DNA of 64,000 nucleotides from a virus. The notes beneath the pieces were generated by a model. The model ran no database searches and was not told where the DNA came from. It saw nothing but the letters and a program-made list of their open reading frames with translations. Below are positions 29,838-40,312 of this stretch, one piece after another. Position numbers and translations under genes: made by a program. Position 1 is the stretch's first letter. Each line of letters opens with the position of its first letter. The DNA lies in IMG/VR virus record IMGVR_UViG_3300025418_001265, positions 32,980 to 96,979 of that record. One strand, 5' to 3'.

Positions 29838-30457
29838 TGAGCGAAACTCCAAATTACCAACAAGCTATACTCAATAAAAGTAGAAAAGATAAATTTCTAT
29901 TAGTGTTGGATTTGCCTGATGTTCTTAAAAAAATTAACGCAGTAAGCCAGGAAGGTAGAGAAAGTAAGAGTGTGTTTCTAGATTCTTTACAATATTCAGT
30001 TTACGGTACTGTAGTGCCTCCAACTAATATTAACGCTGCAGCTCTATCATATGCAGGCCAAACTTTAAGTCTATCTACAGGTAAGAGAGAAAAATATGCA
30101 GATATAACAGTTAACTTTACAGTTGACAATGGATTCAATAACTGGTGGGTATTGTGGAAGTGGCTGGATTATATAAACGGAGCGCAAACCAGTATACAGG
30201 ATTCTGATAACTTAAACCCGGCAGCTACTGATTTTCAAGGCAGGCCATTTTATGCAAGTACCGGTAATTTACAACCTTACCAAACCACCATTAATGTGTT
30301 TGGTTTGGATGAATACAACAATAAGAAAATCCGTTGGACGTATTCAAAAGCATTTATTACCAATTTAACTGGAATAACTTATAGTTATAGAGATGCTGAA
30401 CAACTTGAGTCCTCGTTTACGTTCTCATTTAGTCAGTTAAATGCAGAATTACTTTAA
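29837..30457 (+). CDS. Tail completion/tube terminator (T4 gp3-like)
   Basis: ITVNFTVDNGFNNWWVLWKW...AFITNL tube-fold pattern; directly upstream of sheath. Confidence 0.6.
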   Translation: MSETPNYQQAILNKSRKDKFLLVLDLPDVLKKINAVSQEGRESKSVFLDSLQYSVYGTVVPPTNINAAALSYAGQTLSLSTGKREKYADITVNFTVDNGFNNWWVLWKWLDYINGAQTSIQDSDNLNPAATDFQGRPFYASTGNLQPYQTTINVFGLDEYNNKKIRWTYSKAFITNLTGITYSYRDAEQLESSFTFSFSQLNAELL

Positions 30458-30507
30458 ACTTACAGAGTTTCGTTTCGAAATAGCCTAAATAATAGTATAT
30501 CACTACT

Positions 30508-32823
30508 ATGGCAACTTTACGTACTATACAATCTCCTGGTGTACAAATTAGAGAAGTAGATCTAAGCCAAACAGCGACTTCCCCAAACGGAACAAGCGTG
30601 TTTATCGCAGGTTTTGCAGCTCAAGGACCAACGTCCGAAATTGTAACACTTACATCTGTTTCTGATTTCGCTAATATATACGGTACACCAACAAATGCCG
30701 CTGAACGTTATTTTTATTATTCTGTACAACAACAGTTTACAGGCGGTACAAACGCTCAAGTACAGGTTGCTCGCTTACCATACGGTCCTGCGTTAGGAGA
30801 TGGTTTTTCAGATAAATACAGTGCTTTAGTTTACCCAGTAGTACCTGTAACAAATTCAACCCCGCTTTCTGCTGCAGTACAAGCCGGATATACAGCATTA
30901 TTAAGTAATGCAACATCATATTATTTCGGTCAACCAACATTAATAACACTTTCAGAAACTGATTACATTAATTTAAAGCAAAATAACTTATTCTGGAGTG
31001 CAAGTGCAGGTGGTAATTATCCTACAATTGCCGGATTCGATAGCCTCTCTGGTACAGGTTACGGATTAAACGGTGTTGGTATGATTGTTGTAAATGAAGC
31101 ACAAACAACTATCAACGAAAAGTTCGAAGGCTTCTATTTTAATATTGCTGAAATCAACGCAATTAATCCAAGTACTCCTTATAAAGAAGTACAGGCTTTA
31201 CACACAATTAATGCTAATGGTACATTAGATATAACAAATTCTCCAGTAGTTGGCTTCCAACTTTCTGCTACAGCAGGTAGTAACATTGACAGCGTATCTC
31301 GTACGATTGAAAATATTCCTACATATGACCTAACAATTAGCTCAACAGTAGGTTCAACAAGCTATAGCGATATTGCTATTCTTTCATTAATAAAAGTTAA
31401 AACAACACCTTTTGCTGCTAACCCATTACAATTAACTTATGGTTTACAAGAAGGTCATTCAGTATCGTTCTATTCTAACCGTTTAATTCAGGACGTTAAC
31501 GGCGGTGCTCCTAAGAACGATTTTGCTGAAACAGTAATTAATAACAATTCAGCAAACATTTCCGTATATATTAATCCTTATATTGCTAATCAAACAGCCT
31601 GGATTGATAATAACGGTAATGCGGTAAAATCAGTAAGAGTAATAAAGACAAGTGACGTAACCACTTCACCATCTATACTTGCTGCAGGCTATCAAGCAGC
31701 TGATGCATTATTCCCATTAGGTAATTATGCTGAGTCTTTAAATTTAAGTAACTCTAGTACTAAGCGAATCGGTGACTTACCTAACAAATTAAACTACGTA
31801 TTAAATCAATTAGTAAATACTGATGTATATAACGTAGATGTAGTTGTTGATGCAGGTCTTTCTACTATCAATGCATTTGCCGGTGGAGACGGGTTTTTTG
31901 ATGATACCGCTTATACAGCAACTATTAATTCTGATTTAACTAACCTGTTTACTAACGACGGTACGTTTAGCTTCAGCGGTAACGGTACAGCTACAGGCTG
32001 GAAAGCAGTTACTGACATCTTCAGTCAATTTGCTGGCGATCAACGCAAAGATTGCGTGTATATCTCTGATCCATTACGTAGTATTTTTATACAGGGTGCA
32101 AACTTTAAGACCCTAGACGATAAGACAACAAACTTCTCGAACAACATTTACTGGCCTTTACGTAACTGTTACAATCCTTATAACACAAGCTATACAATTG
32201 CTTACGGTAACTGGGGTGCAGTACAAGACGTATTCACTAATAAATTAGTTTGGGTACCGTTCTCAGGCTATGCTGCAGCAACATTTACAAAGAATGATGC
32301 AGTAGCTTATCCTTGGGGTGCACCTGCTGGTTTAAATCGTGGTACTATTACAGGTCTTGTAGATATTGCGTTGAATCCAAATCAAAAACAACGCGATCTA
32401 CTTTATAAGATTTCTATTAACCCTGTAGTGAACTTCCCTAATGAAGGTCTATCAATCTACGGACAAAAGACAATGTTAAAAGCTCCAAGCGCTTTTGATC
32501 GTATTAACGTTCGTCGTTTATTCCTCTTCTTAGAAAAGTCAGTACTTAATACTTCAAAACTTTTCGTATTTGAACCTAATACAACATTTACACGTAGTAG
32601 ATTAGTTAATACTATTACTCCTGTATTTGAATTAGCTAAAAATACTCAAGGTCTTTACGATTACAAAATCATTTGCAATGATACCAACAACACTCCAGAT
32701 ACTATCGATCAAAATGAGCTTGTTGTAGATATCTACATTAAACCAGTTCGTACTGCTGAGTTTATCTTAGTGAACTTCTATTGCACTAAGACATCTCAAG
32801 ACTTTAACGAATTACTACAATAA
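30508..32823 (+). CDS. gp18: Tail sheath protein
   Basis: SPGVQIREVDLS, PWGAPAGLNRG, INPVV.FP, GQKT, FDRINVRRLF, FEPN, IKPVRTAEFI. Confidence 0.95.
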   Translation: MATLRTIQSPGVQIREVDLSQTATSPNGTSVFIAGFAAQGPTSEIVTLTSVSDFANIYGTPTNAAERYFYYSVQQQFTGGTNAQVQVARLPYGPALGDGFSDKYSALVYPVVPVTNSTPLSAAVQAGYTALLSNATSYYFGQPTLITLSETDYINLKQNNLFWSASAGGNYPTIAGFDSLSGTGYGLNGVGMIVVNEAQTTINEKFEGFYFNIAEINAINPSTPYKEVQALHTINANGTLDITNSPVVGFQLSATAGSNIDSVSRTIENIPTYDLTISSTVGSTSYSDIAILSLIKVKTTPFAANPLQLTYGLQEGHSVSFYSNRLIQDVNGGAPKNDFAETVINNNSANISVYINPYIANQTAWIDNNGNAVKSVRVIKTSDVTTSPSILAAGYQAADALFPLGNYAESLNLSNSSTKRIGDLPNKLNYVLNQLVNTDVYNVDVVVDAGLSTINAFAGGDGFFDDTAYTATINSDLTNLFTNDGTFSFSGNGTATGWKAVTDIFSQFAGDQRKDCVYISDPLRSIFIQGANFKTLDDKTTNFSNNIYWPLRNCYNPYNTSYTIAYGNWGAVQDVFTNKLVWVPFSGYAAATFTKNDAVAYPWGAPAGLNRGTITGLVDIALNPNQKQRDLLYKISINPVVNFPNEGLSIYGQKTMLKAPSAFDRINVRRLFLFLEKSVLNTSKLFVFEPNTTFTRSRLVNTITPVFELAKNTQGLYDYKIICNDTNNTPDTIDQNELVVDIYIKPVRTAEFILVNFYCTKTSQDFNELLQ

Positions 32824-32831
32824 CCTTTACA

Positions 32832-32837
32832 TAAGTA
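32832..32837 (+). promoter_or_regulatory. Late-promoter motif TAAGTA
   Basis: 6 nt before tube gene ATG; same motif at 33427, 34017, 37011 and 39215, each 5 nt before an ATG. Confidence 0.65.
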
Positions 32838-32843
32838 TTTAAT

Positions 32844-33365
32844 ATGTCACAAACAATACAAGACTTCTATAGAGTAGCACAGCAAAGAGACTTTGCTCGT
32901 GACTATATGTTGCGCGTAGTCTCTCTCGGTAATAATATTCTCAACGAAGATGATTTCGTTTATATTACTACAGCTACTCTACCTACTAGAGATATTCAAA
33001 ATCAAACCGCTACTTATATGGGTCTTGATTTTAATATTCCTGGTACAGTAAAGTATACAGGTAGTAATGCTTGGAACGTTGAATTCCGCGCTGATAAAGC
33101 TAGCTTGATTCGTCAAAAGCTTGAAGCTTGGCAAAGAGGCGAAATATTCAATGACCAAACAAGTACAGGTAATCTCGCAGTTCCTGGTCCTGGTTCAGTT
33201 ATTCAACTTCATCAAATTGATGATAAATTGAATGTACTTAACGTATATAACTTATTCGGATCTTACATTCAAAAGCTCGGTGATATTAAATATGATATTA
33301 CTGGTACAGGTGCTCCATTAAAGTTTACAGCTACATTAGCTTATCAGTATTGGTCACAAGGTTAA
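32844..33365 (+). CDS. gp19: Major tail tube protein (gp19-like)
   Basis: Follows sheath; TATLP...YMG...IPG...W.VEF...LAYQYW pattern; followed by terminator. Confidence 0.8.
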   Translation: MSQTIQDFYRVAQQRDFARDYMLRVVSLGNNILNEDDFVYITTATLPTRDIQNQTATYMGLDFNIPGTVKYTGSNAWNVEFRADKASLIRQKLEAWQRGEIFNDQTSTGNLAVPGPGSVIQLHQIDDKLNVLNVYNLFGSYIQKLGDIKYDITGTGAPLKFTATLAYQYWSQG

Positions 33366-33387
33366 GCCATATAAAGTATTAGTAAAT

Positions 33388-33413
33388 AACCCGGCTGCAA
33401 AGTCGGGTTTTTT
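33388..33413 (+). terminator. Intrinsic terminator after tube gene
   Basis: AACCCGGCT-GCAA-AGTCGGGTTTTTT. Confidence 0.85.
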
Positions 33414-33437
33414 ATTGTTTAAAGCTTAAGTATTAAT

Positions 33438-34019
33438 ATGTCAACACTGAACAGTGTAAAGGATTTTTATAATATTGCTCAAAAACAGGGCTTTAGTAAG
33501 AAGTATAATTTCAAGGTATCTAATATAGTTAATGCGCCTGTCACGTTTGAGGAGAAAGATCTGCTGTACTTGCAAACGGCCTCTTTACCTGCTCGTGGAA
33601 CTAATACCACTAATGTACCTTATAGAGCTTTCGAGTTTGTAGTGCCAACAAATGCTACATTTCCTTCTCAAAAACAATGGAGAGTAACGTTCTTTTCAGA
33701 TAACAAACAGTATATAAGAAGTCTGTTCGAGTCCTGGAGTGATGCAATGTACAATCCGTTTAACAATCAAAGCAAAGCTATTGCAGGAGATAATGCTTTT
33801 ATAAATTGTCGTTTAGATTTACAGCTATTCAATGAAGGAGTAGAGGTAGTAAATGACTTAGTAGCTAGTGAAAAAGTAGCGATTGCTAAAACATATCAAT
33901 TTTTTGGAGTGTTTCCTATACTCTTAGAAGGAGTAGAATATGATATATCCAACACAGGTACAGAGATTGCTAAGCTACCGGTAGTACTAGCATTCCAATA
34001 TTTTAAAATTAAGTCCTAA
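33438..34019 (+). CDS. Tail tube paralog 2 (gp19-like)
   Basis: DFY..AQ..GF, TASLP, W.VTF and LAFQYF align with 32844. Confidence 0.7.
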   Translation: MSTLNSVKDFYNIAQKQGFSKKYNFKVSNIVNAPVTFEEKDLLYLQTASLPARGTNTTNVPYRAFEFVVPTNATFPSQKQWRVTFFSDNKQYIRSLFESWSDAMYNPFNNQSKAIAGDNAFINCRLDLQLFNEGVEVVNDLVASEKVAIAKTYQFFGVFPILLEGVEYDISNTGTEIAKLPVVLAFQYFKIKS

Positions 34020-34027
34020 GTAATAGT

Positions 34028-34636
34028 ATGGCGCAAACAGAACAAACATTAAAGAGTTTTTACTCTGCAGCTCAGAAATACGGTTTTTTGAGAGATTATC
34101 AGGCTAGAGTTGAAAACCTAACTTTTGGAGATCAAACATTTCCGAAAGATTACTTGTTGTATATTAAAAATTTTAGTTTACCAAACGCTACCAAACAATT
34201 TGCATCGGTTAAGTATTTTGGTGTAGATGTACACGCACCAGGTCCAAGAGATTATGGTAATAGTAAGAGCTGGGATGTTACATTCTATATGGACCAGGCT
34301 TTAGAAATTAGACACTTTTTACAGAAAAGAATGTACGAGACTGCAGTTAATAGTGCAAACGTTATTAACCACAAGCAGGTACCAGGAGACGAAAATGTAA
34401 TACAAATTAACGTGTTAGATGACAAGCTAAATATTGTTGACATTTACAGAATATATGGATTGTTTGTTATTGACTTGCCCGCAGTATCATTTGATGTTTC
34501 GGGTAGTGGTAAAATACAGGAAGTAAAAGTTAAGTTCGGTTATCAATGGTGGTCGCGCGAAAGTGCAAGTAGTGTATTGGGTACTCCTACAACTGTACAA
34601 AACGGTACAGACTTACCCGCTCCATCTAATCAATAA
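34028..34636 (+). CDS. Tail tube paralog 3 (gp19-like)
   Basis: SFYSAAQKYGFLRDY, FSLP, WDVTF, IQINVLDDKLN, FGYQWW. Confidence 0.7.
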   Translation: MAQTEQTLKSFYSAAQKYGFLRDYQARVENLTFGDQTFPKDYLLYIKNFSLPNATKQFASVKYFGVDVHAPGPRDYGNSKSWDVTFYMDQALEIRHFLQKRMYETAVNSANVINHKQVPGDENVIQINVLDDKLNIVDIYRIYGLFVIDLPAVSFDVSGSGKIQEVKVKFGYQWWSRESASSVLGTPTTVQNGTDLPAPSNQ

Positions 34637-34638
34637 AA

Positions 34639-35331
34639 ATGGCAATCGTAACACAGGACACTTTACAGGGCTCTACACGCGGTATTGAAAAATTTACCGA
34701 TATTTTTTCTGATCCTAACTTTCATATACCAGTTGAGGCTAATTTTATAGTAAGTGTACAAAATTTAACTAGTATAATTGATAATTTAAATAATATCAAT
34801 AGCCAAGTTATAGATAACACAATTGATGTACAGAATACTAAGCAATACTGGAGTAAAGTTAATGGAGACGAGTTATTTTTAGCTAACGGTATAACCGTTC
34901 CTGGTGAAGCTGTAAAATCTGGAAGAGCGGGTTATACGGAATTATCTACTCTAGCGGGCGGGTTTCTCTCTAGCCCTGTACTACAAGGTCGTAGTTCGTT
35001 AAGAGATATAGAAATTTATTTTTTAGAAACAAATAAATCTTTTGTAGATTATGTGGTGAGGCCTTGGTTAATAGCTTCTTCTCATTTCGGTTTATTTGCA
35101 AGAAGTAGTACTACGGCTGCTCAAAAACAAAACTTTAAAACTGATATATCGGCATTCTTTTTGGATAGAACTGAAGCGGATAATTTTCCTAAAGTACGTA
35201 AAGAGATTATATTACATAATGCAGTACCGGTAAGTGTAGAGCCGCATACATTTAGATATGGCAATAATACAGATACTGGTGTACGCTCTATAAGAACTAC
35301 CTGGACATACTCTAATTATACAGTAAAGTAA
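34639..35331 (+). CDS. Tube-fold baseplate protein (gp54-like tube initiator)
   Basis: ITVPGE, IYFLETN...VRPW, LHNAVPVSV, WTYSNY; position in tail operon. Confidence 0.5.
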   Translation: MAIVTQDTLQGSTRGIEKFTDIFSDPNFHIPVEANFIVSVQNLTSIIDNLNNINSQVIDNTIDVQNTKQYWSKVNGDELFLANGITVPGEAVKSGRAGYTELSTLAGGFLSSPVLQGRSSLRDIEIYFLETNKSFVDYVVRPWLIASSHFGLFARSSTTAAQKQNFKTDISAFFLDRTEADNFPKVRKEIILHNAVPVSVEPHTFRYGNNTDTGVRSIRTTWTYSNYTVK

Positions 35332-35337
35332 TATGCA

Positions 35338-36261
35338 ATGCCATTTAAGCTAAATGCATATTTACCTAGTAAACAAACTGAGGTACAGATAAAAGAGCTC
35401 TCCTACAAACAATACAGAGAGCTTGTTAAGAGCCTGTATAATGTTAGTAAGAAAGAAACAATCCAGCAGTATAATTCTATATTAGAAGATTTGTGTCCGG
35501 ATATAGTAGGTAAAAATATAGCTTTTGAGGATAAATTATCCTTACTAATAACAGTACGAAACTATTGTGTAAGTCCTGATTTAAAGCTAAAAGGCACATT
35601 GTCATCAGGAGAAACGTTTAATCACGCATTAGAAGTGGATACTTTACAACAATTAGTTAACACTATAAATAAATCCAAAACTATAAGCTATAATGCATTT
35701 GAGGTAAGTTTTAGTTCATATAAAATAAAAGACGAGTATGTTTTCTCCAATAACAATTATAGTACTTTTGTTGTTTTAGCGTCTTACATAGATAACATTA
35801 AAGTAGATAATGAAGCTGTAGATTTTAAGGATTTAACATTAGAAGAACGTGTTAAAATAGTAGAGTATTTACCACAGGCATTAGTATCTTTATTACAAAC
35901 TGAGATTACTAATATAGAAGCTCAATACGATGTTAGGGATTTACTCGTAGTAAAGAATCCTTTGAACGGAAACATTATGCTACGTCTTTCTTGCAACATA
36001 ACATATAGTGTTATGCAAAAGTTAATCGAGTTGTTGTATTCGGAAAATTTAAACAACGTGTACCGAGCTTTTTATAATATAGTTAATTATGCCGGGTTTT
36101 CAGCTGAATATATAGACAGTATCACACCATCAGAAATGCAAGTATACTGGATGTACTTTATGCAGGATAGAGAGAAATCAAAAGAAGCTTCAGGGTCTAG
36201 AGAGCAATCTACCCCTGCAGGTAGTTTAGGTGCTTCTCCTAGCTCAGAATTTGGGTTTTAA
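35338..36261 (+). CDS. Baseplate hub assembly protein (gp26/gp51-like)
   Basis: AYLPS...IKEL...DKLSLLITVRNYC; C-terminal EYIDSITPSEMQVY. Confidence 0.5.
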   Translation: MPFKLNAYLPSKQTEVQIKELSYKQYRELVKSLYNVSKKETIQQYNSILEDLCPDIVGKNIAFEDKLSLLITVRNYCVSPDLKLKGTLSSGETFNHALEVDTLQQLVNTINKSKTISYNAFEVSFSSYKIKDEYVFSNNNYSTFVVLASYIDNIKVDNEAVDFKDLTLEERVKIVEYLPQALVSLLQTEITNIEAQYDVRDLLVVKNPLNGNIMLRLSCNITYSVMQKLIELLYSENLNNVYRAFYNIVNYAGFSAEYIDSITPSEMQVYWMYFMQDREKSKEASGSREQSTPAGSLGASPSSEFGF

Positions 36262-36263
36262 AT

Positions 36264-36989
36264 ATGAAAAACATAAACAATTTTTTAAGTGCAATATCTG
36301 CAGCGGAAACAGTAAAGGTGTATTTACCTTGTTTACAAAAAACGGTATTATTTAAGTCTCTTAGTGCTAAACAAATAAACACGTTTAGAAATATAAAAAA
36401 TGATGCTTCATATTATGATACTGGTTTTATTAAAGCTACCTATAAAATAATACAAGAGAATTGTATAGATGCTAGTATACTAGACAAAATAACAGTGGTA
36501 GATAAAAATATTATACTGTTAGAGCTAAGAAAACAGGCTCGAGGTTCATTAGTTGATGAAGGTGTTAATTACAGTAGTACTCTAAGAAATATTAAAGATA
36601 TAGTTTTACCTGAACAAGAATCAGTTACTGTTGATGTTATAACGCTTGACTTACAGGTACCTCTTGCAAAGGAACAATACGAGATAGAAGCAGAACTAAG
36701 AAACACGGCAATAATTGAAATTGAACAGGTTGCTCAGAATATTGTTACAAGTAACTTAATTAAATTTATTAAAGAGGTTAAGATTAATAATATTCCTCAA
36801 AATTATAAAACTTTAAGCTATAAAGACCGTATGCTTATAGTTGAACATTTACCATCAGCATTCTTAGCATTAGTACAAAAATACGCGGTAAAAGTTGATG
36901 AATTAAATGCATTTCTTACTCAAGTAAAATTAGACGATAATGAAACATATAGCTTTAATATTGACTCGGATTTCTTCTTAGGTTTATAA
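36264..36989 (+). CDS. Baseplate hub protein (gp26-like paralog)
   Basis: VYLPC...FKSLSAKQ...DKNIILLELR; C-terminal DFF. Confidence 0.5.
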   Translation: MKNINNFLSAISAAETVKVYLPCLQKTVLFKSLSAKQINTFRNIKNDASYYDTGFIKATYKIIQENCIDASILDKITVVDKNIILLELRKQARGSLVDEGVNYSSTLRNIKDIVLPEQESVTVDVITLDLQVPLAKEQYEIEAELRNTAIIEIEQVAQNIVTSNLIKFIKEVKINNIPQNYKTLSYKDRMLIVEHLPSAFLALVQKYAVKVDELNAFLTQVKLDDNETYSFNIDSDFFLGL

Positions 36990-37021
36990 CATAAACCCCG
37001 TTTCTATACCTAAGTATTTTT

Positions 37022-39217
37022 ATGGCGGATGCTGACTTAAAACAATCCATTGATGCTCTCAATATGAATATTGGAGGGTTATCAGATTCTGTAGCTAGGT
37101 TACCGTCTAGTATATCCGATGTCAATAAAAGCACATTGGGCGCGGTATTGCAAAATATGCAGGATAACGCTAATACGACGTTGTCTACTATACAAGGTCT
37201 AGGTTCTACTATAGCTTCAAGTATAGGTACGGCATTAAATCAAAATAATTTAATTAGTAGTATTAACGAGTTGGTTAATGCAGTCAACATACAGACTGTT
37301 GTTCAAGATGAGGCAAATAAAACAAAAAAGAGAGCTCCAGCAAATAATGACGATAGAGCTAGAGAAATTGAATTGCTAGAATCTATTGCTAGATCTGCAA
37401 GGGAAAATAATAGTAGACAGGCAAATAATGAAAAACAGGCTAAAGAGGAAAAAAACGTTAAAGAAGAATATGTTGAAAAAATGCAAACTGTTGAAGAGCA
37501 GCTTAAACAGCAGCAAGAAGATTTAGCTGAAAAAGGTTATAATTCGAAAAGAGAAGCGGTACGTAAAAAATACAGTACAGCTAAATATTCTGAAATTGCT
37601 CCTGAAAAAAGAGGTTTGCTTGGTAATATAAAATCATTTTCGGAGCGTTGGGATAAGAGATTGGCTGATTTAGAGAGTGCAGAACTTAAGGATATAGATA
37701 AAGAGTTTGAAGCGGAACTAAAGCAAGAAAAAGATTTAAAAGAACAGAAAAAAAAATTAAAGGAAGAAGAAAAACTTAAGCTCAAAGAAATTGAGAAAAG
37801 AACAGAATCTGAAAAAGAATTAGAAAGAAAGAAAAAAGCTGGAGAGGTAGTTGAAGAAGCTGGTGGACAGATTGCTATAAATACTGAAGCTGCAACTAAT
37901 GAAGCTCAGGAAAAAGCTAAAGAAGAGGCGGCAGTAAAAAAGCAAATATTAGAAAATAAGAAGGCTGCAGAAGAATTCTTAAAAGAACAGGGAGAAAAGC
38001 CTGAAGAATTATTTCCGGGAGAAATACTTGCTACTATAGCAGAATCAGAGCTTAAAAAGCAAGAACAACAAAAGAGTTTAAGAGAAAAAGCTGAAGAAGC
38101 AGCTGTATCGGGTTACTCTGGTACTTTACAGTTAAACGCTAACGGAGAAAGTGGAGCTGCTGCTTCTGGTACGCTTGCAAATCAAAAAGAAGGTGCACCC
38201 GGTGCTCCTATAGTCGTTAATATACAACCAGGGGTTAGTGGGGCGGGTATTGGTATTAATGTAGATGACTTAGCACCAAAAATAGCAGAAGCTATTGTTA
38301 ACTCTCCTTTAGCTGTAGAAATAGGTAAAGCAGTAGGGGAGGTAATCACCAAAAGCGAAGAAGAAGAAAACGAGCTTAAGCAAGAAGAAGCCCCTTCAGC
38401 GACTCCTGGTTCATCGGAAACTAGTGGGGAAGGTGTTGAAGGTGTACCGGTATTAGTTTCGGAAACACCAGCAACACCACCCTCTGTCAAGCCTGGCTAC
38501 AAAGTCGAGCAATACACAACTAAGACAGGTAAAACTAAATACAAATATAAAAGAATAAGTGATAACAAATATGTTAAAGAATCTGAAGCGTTAATTAAAC
38601 CTGCTAATATTTCCGGTACAGGTAGTGATCTTACCGAGTCTGTTGGGGGTGCACCCGAAAAACCAGTAACACCTGCAGGGTTACCACTACCAGAATTTGC
38701 TTCAGGCGGCTCTGTTGAAGAAGGTATGCCTGCAGTAGTAGGGGAAAAGGGACCGGAATTGTTTGTTCCCTCGACTAACGGTCAAATTATAACAAATGAT
38801 AGTTTTAAATCGGTAAGCGAGAAACAAACCGAGCTAATCAAAGGAGTATCTGCTATACAGAATACTGCAAATGCTATAAACACCACTACAAATAATAGTG
38901 CTAAAAATATAGATAATATAAGCAATATCGGCCCTTCTACCACTTCTAGTGTGCTAGAGACTATATCTAAGTCTACTCCTGTTAATCAAAAAGGAGACGA
39001 AACGGCTAATTTACTCGTAGCTATTAACAAAACTTTAATGGATTTAAGTAACAGATTAGTACAGACACCAAATCAAAAGCAACAAGGTACAAGCAGTAAT
39101 AACTCTGTAAGCACCACTTCAAATAATGTGTATTCTTTAAATGTACAAGGTAATCCAATTGCTAATGCCCGTCAAAGAACAGACAGTATGATGTATTTAA
39201 GAAGGGTTGCTAATTAA
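37022..39217 (+). CDS. Probable tape-measure/hub protein
   Basis: Long E/K coiled coil; FASGGSV...VVGEKGPELFVP motif common in tape-measure proteins; position in baseplate cluster. Confidence 0.55.
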   Translation: MADADLKQSIDALNMNIGGLSDSVARLPSSISDVNKSTLGAVLQNMQDNANTTLSTIQGLGSTIASSIGTALNQNNLISSINELVNAVNIQTVVQDEANKTKKRAPANNDDRAREIELLESIARSARENNSRQANNEKQAKEEKNVKEEYVEKMQTVEEQLKQQQEDLAEKGYNSKREAVRKKYSTAKYSEIAPEKRGLLGNIKSFSERWDKRLADLESAELKDIDKEFEAELKQEKDLKEQKKKLKEEEKLKLKEIEKRTESEKELERKKKAGEVVEEAGGQIAINTEAATNEAQEKAKEEAAVKKQILENKKAAEEFLKEQGEKPEELFPGEILATIAESELKKQEQQKSLREKAEEAAVSGYSGTLQLNANGESGAAASGTLANQKEGAPGAPIVVNIQPGVSGAGIGINVDDLAPKIAEAIVNSPLAVEIGKAVGEVITKSEEEENELKQEEAPSATPGSSETSGEGVEGVPVLVSETPATPPSVKPGYKVEQYTTKTGKTKYKYKRISDNKYVKESEALIKPANISGTGSDLTESVGGAPEKPVTPAGLPLPEFASGGSVEEGMPAVVGEKGPELFVPSTNGQIITNDSFKSVSEKQTELIKGVSAIQNTANAINTTTNNSAKNIDNISNIGPSTTSSVLETISKSTPVNQKGDETANLLVAINKTLMDLSNRLVQTPNQKQQGTSSNNSVSTTSNNVYSLNVQGNPIANARQRTDSMMYLRRVAN

Positions 39218-39225
39218 GTAATAAT

Positions 39226-40311
39226 ATGGACAGCCTGGAATTTACTACACTAGACGAAATAAATGGCGGAGCACCAACTCTACTTAAGAGGGGTAATGGC
39301 GCGTTTAGTGTGTATGAAGATTATCCTTGGGCTATAGGTGGTTCTGCTAGTTTAAAAAGTTACGTACCTTATATACAGTTATCTGAAATTAAAATTACTT
39401 CAAGTGCACAGTTACGTCAGCTTAAGTTATCCGTAGCTCAAAACACTACTTCTACTCTTGCTAGAGCGGTTGGCGGGGCAATTGCTGGTAACGGAATAGC
39501 GCCTGTTGTAGGCGGAGTTATTGGAGCAGCATTAGGTGCTGCAAGTGCGCCTACCTGGGTAGATCCTTATAACGGTTTATATGACGGAGAGAAGACTGGG
39601 TTTGTTTATACCTTACCTTATTTAAGTCCGGATAATATGGTAACTAGTAGCATAGGTACCTGGAGCAAGGTAGATGAAAATAAGACTGCTGAGCTTTTAA
39701 AGAAAGCAGGCGGTAGTATTATAAGTTTAGTAGGTGGGGAGCCTGCGCTGGCTGAAGCTACAAAACTTGGAGATACTCTCTCCGAAGCATATGATACAAC
39801 AAAAGCAATTAATCAATTGCAGGCAGAATTAGCTAATCCTGGTTCTTCAAAGGAATCTGTAAAGTATTTTGCACCTAGTGATGCTGGAGATACTATTAAT
39901 ACTTCTTTTTATCTGTTTAATACTACAAGTCAAAAAGAAATGCAAAAAAATTGGGAGTTTCTCTTTGCATTTAACTATCAGAATTTACCTAATAGAAAAT
40001 CTATAAACTTAATGGATCCGCCTAGCTTGTATGAGGTTACAGTTCCTGGTTTTAAGTATTTTCCTTGGGCATATGTATCAAATTTTAGGGTAGAAAATAT
40101 AGGTACTACCCGTATGGTAGACATAACAACTGGTGAAGTTGTAAGCGCGTATAGTGCACTTACTAATTCTAATGTAAAGATTATACCTGAAGCATATAAA
40201 GTAACTATATCGTTGCAAAGCTTGTTTATAAATGCTCGTAACTTATTCTACTATATGTATGACGGTAAAGAATTAAGTCCTAATAGTGTTATAGTTAACC
40301 GAGGAAAATAA
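39226..40311 (+). CDS. Baseplate tail-tube cap (gp48-like)
   Basis: FYLFNT...YQNLPNR...PPSLYEV.VPG...AYVSNF.V...IPEAYKVTI. Confidence 0.5.
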   Translation: MDSLEFTTLDEINGGAPTLLKRGNGAFSVYEDYPWAIGGSASLKSYVPYIQLSEIKITSSAQLRQLKLSVAQNTTSTLARAVGGAIAGNGIAPVVGGVIGAALGAASAPTWVDPYNGLYDGEKTGFVYTLPYLSPDNMVTSSIGTWSKVDENKTAELLKKAGGSIISLVGGEPALAEATKLGDTLSEAYDTTKAINQLQAELANPGSSKESVKYFAPSDAGDTINTSFYLFNTTSQKEMQKNWEFLFAFNYQNLPNRKSINLMDPPSLYEVTVPGFKYFPWAYVSNFRVENIGTTRMVDITTGEVVSAYSALTNSNVKIIPEAYKVTISLQSLFINARNLFYYMYDGKELSPNSVIVNRGK

Positions 40312-40312
40312 T

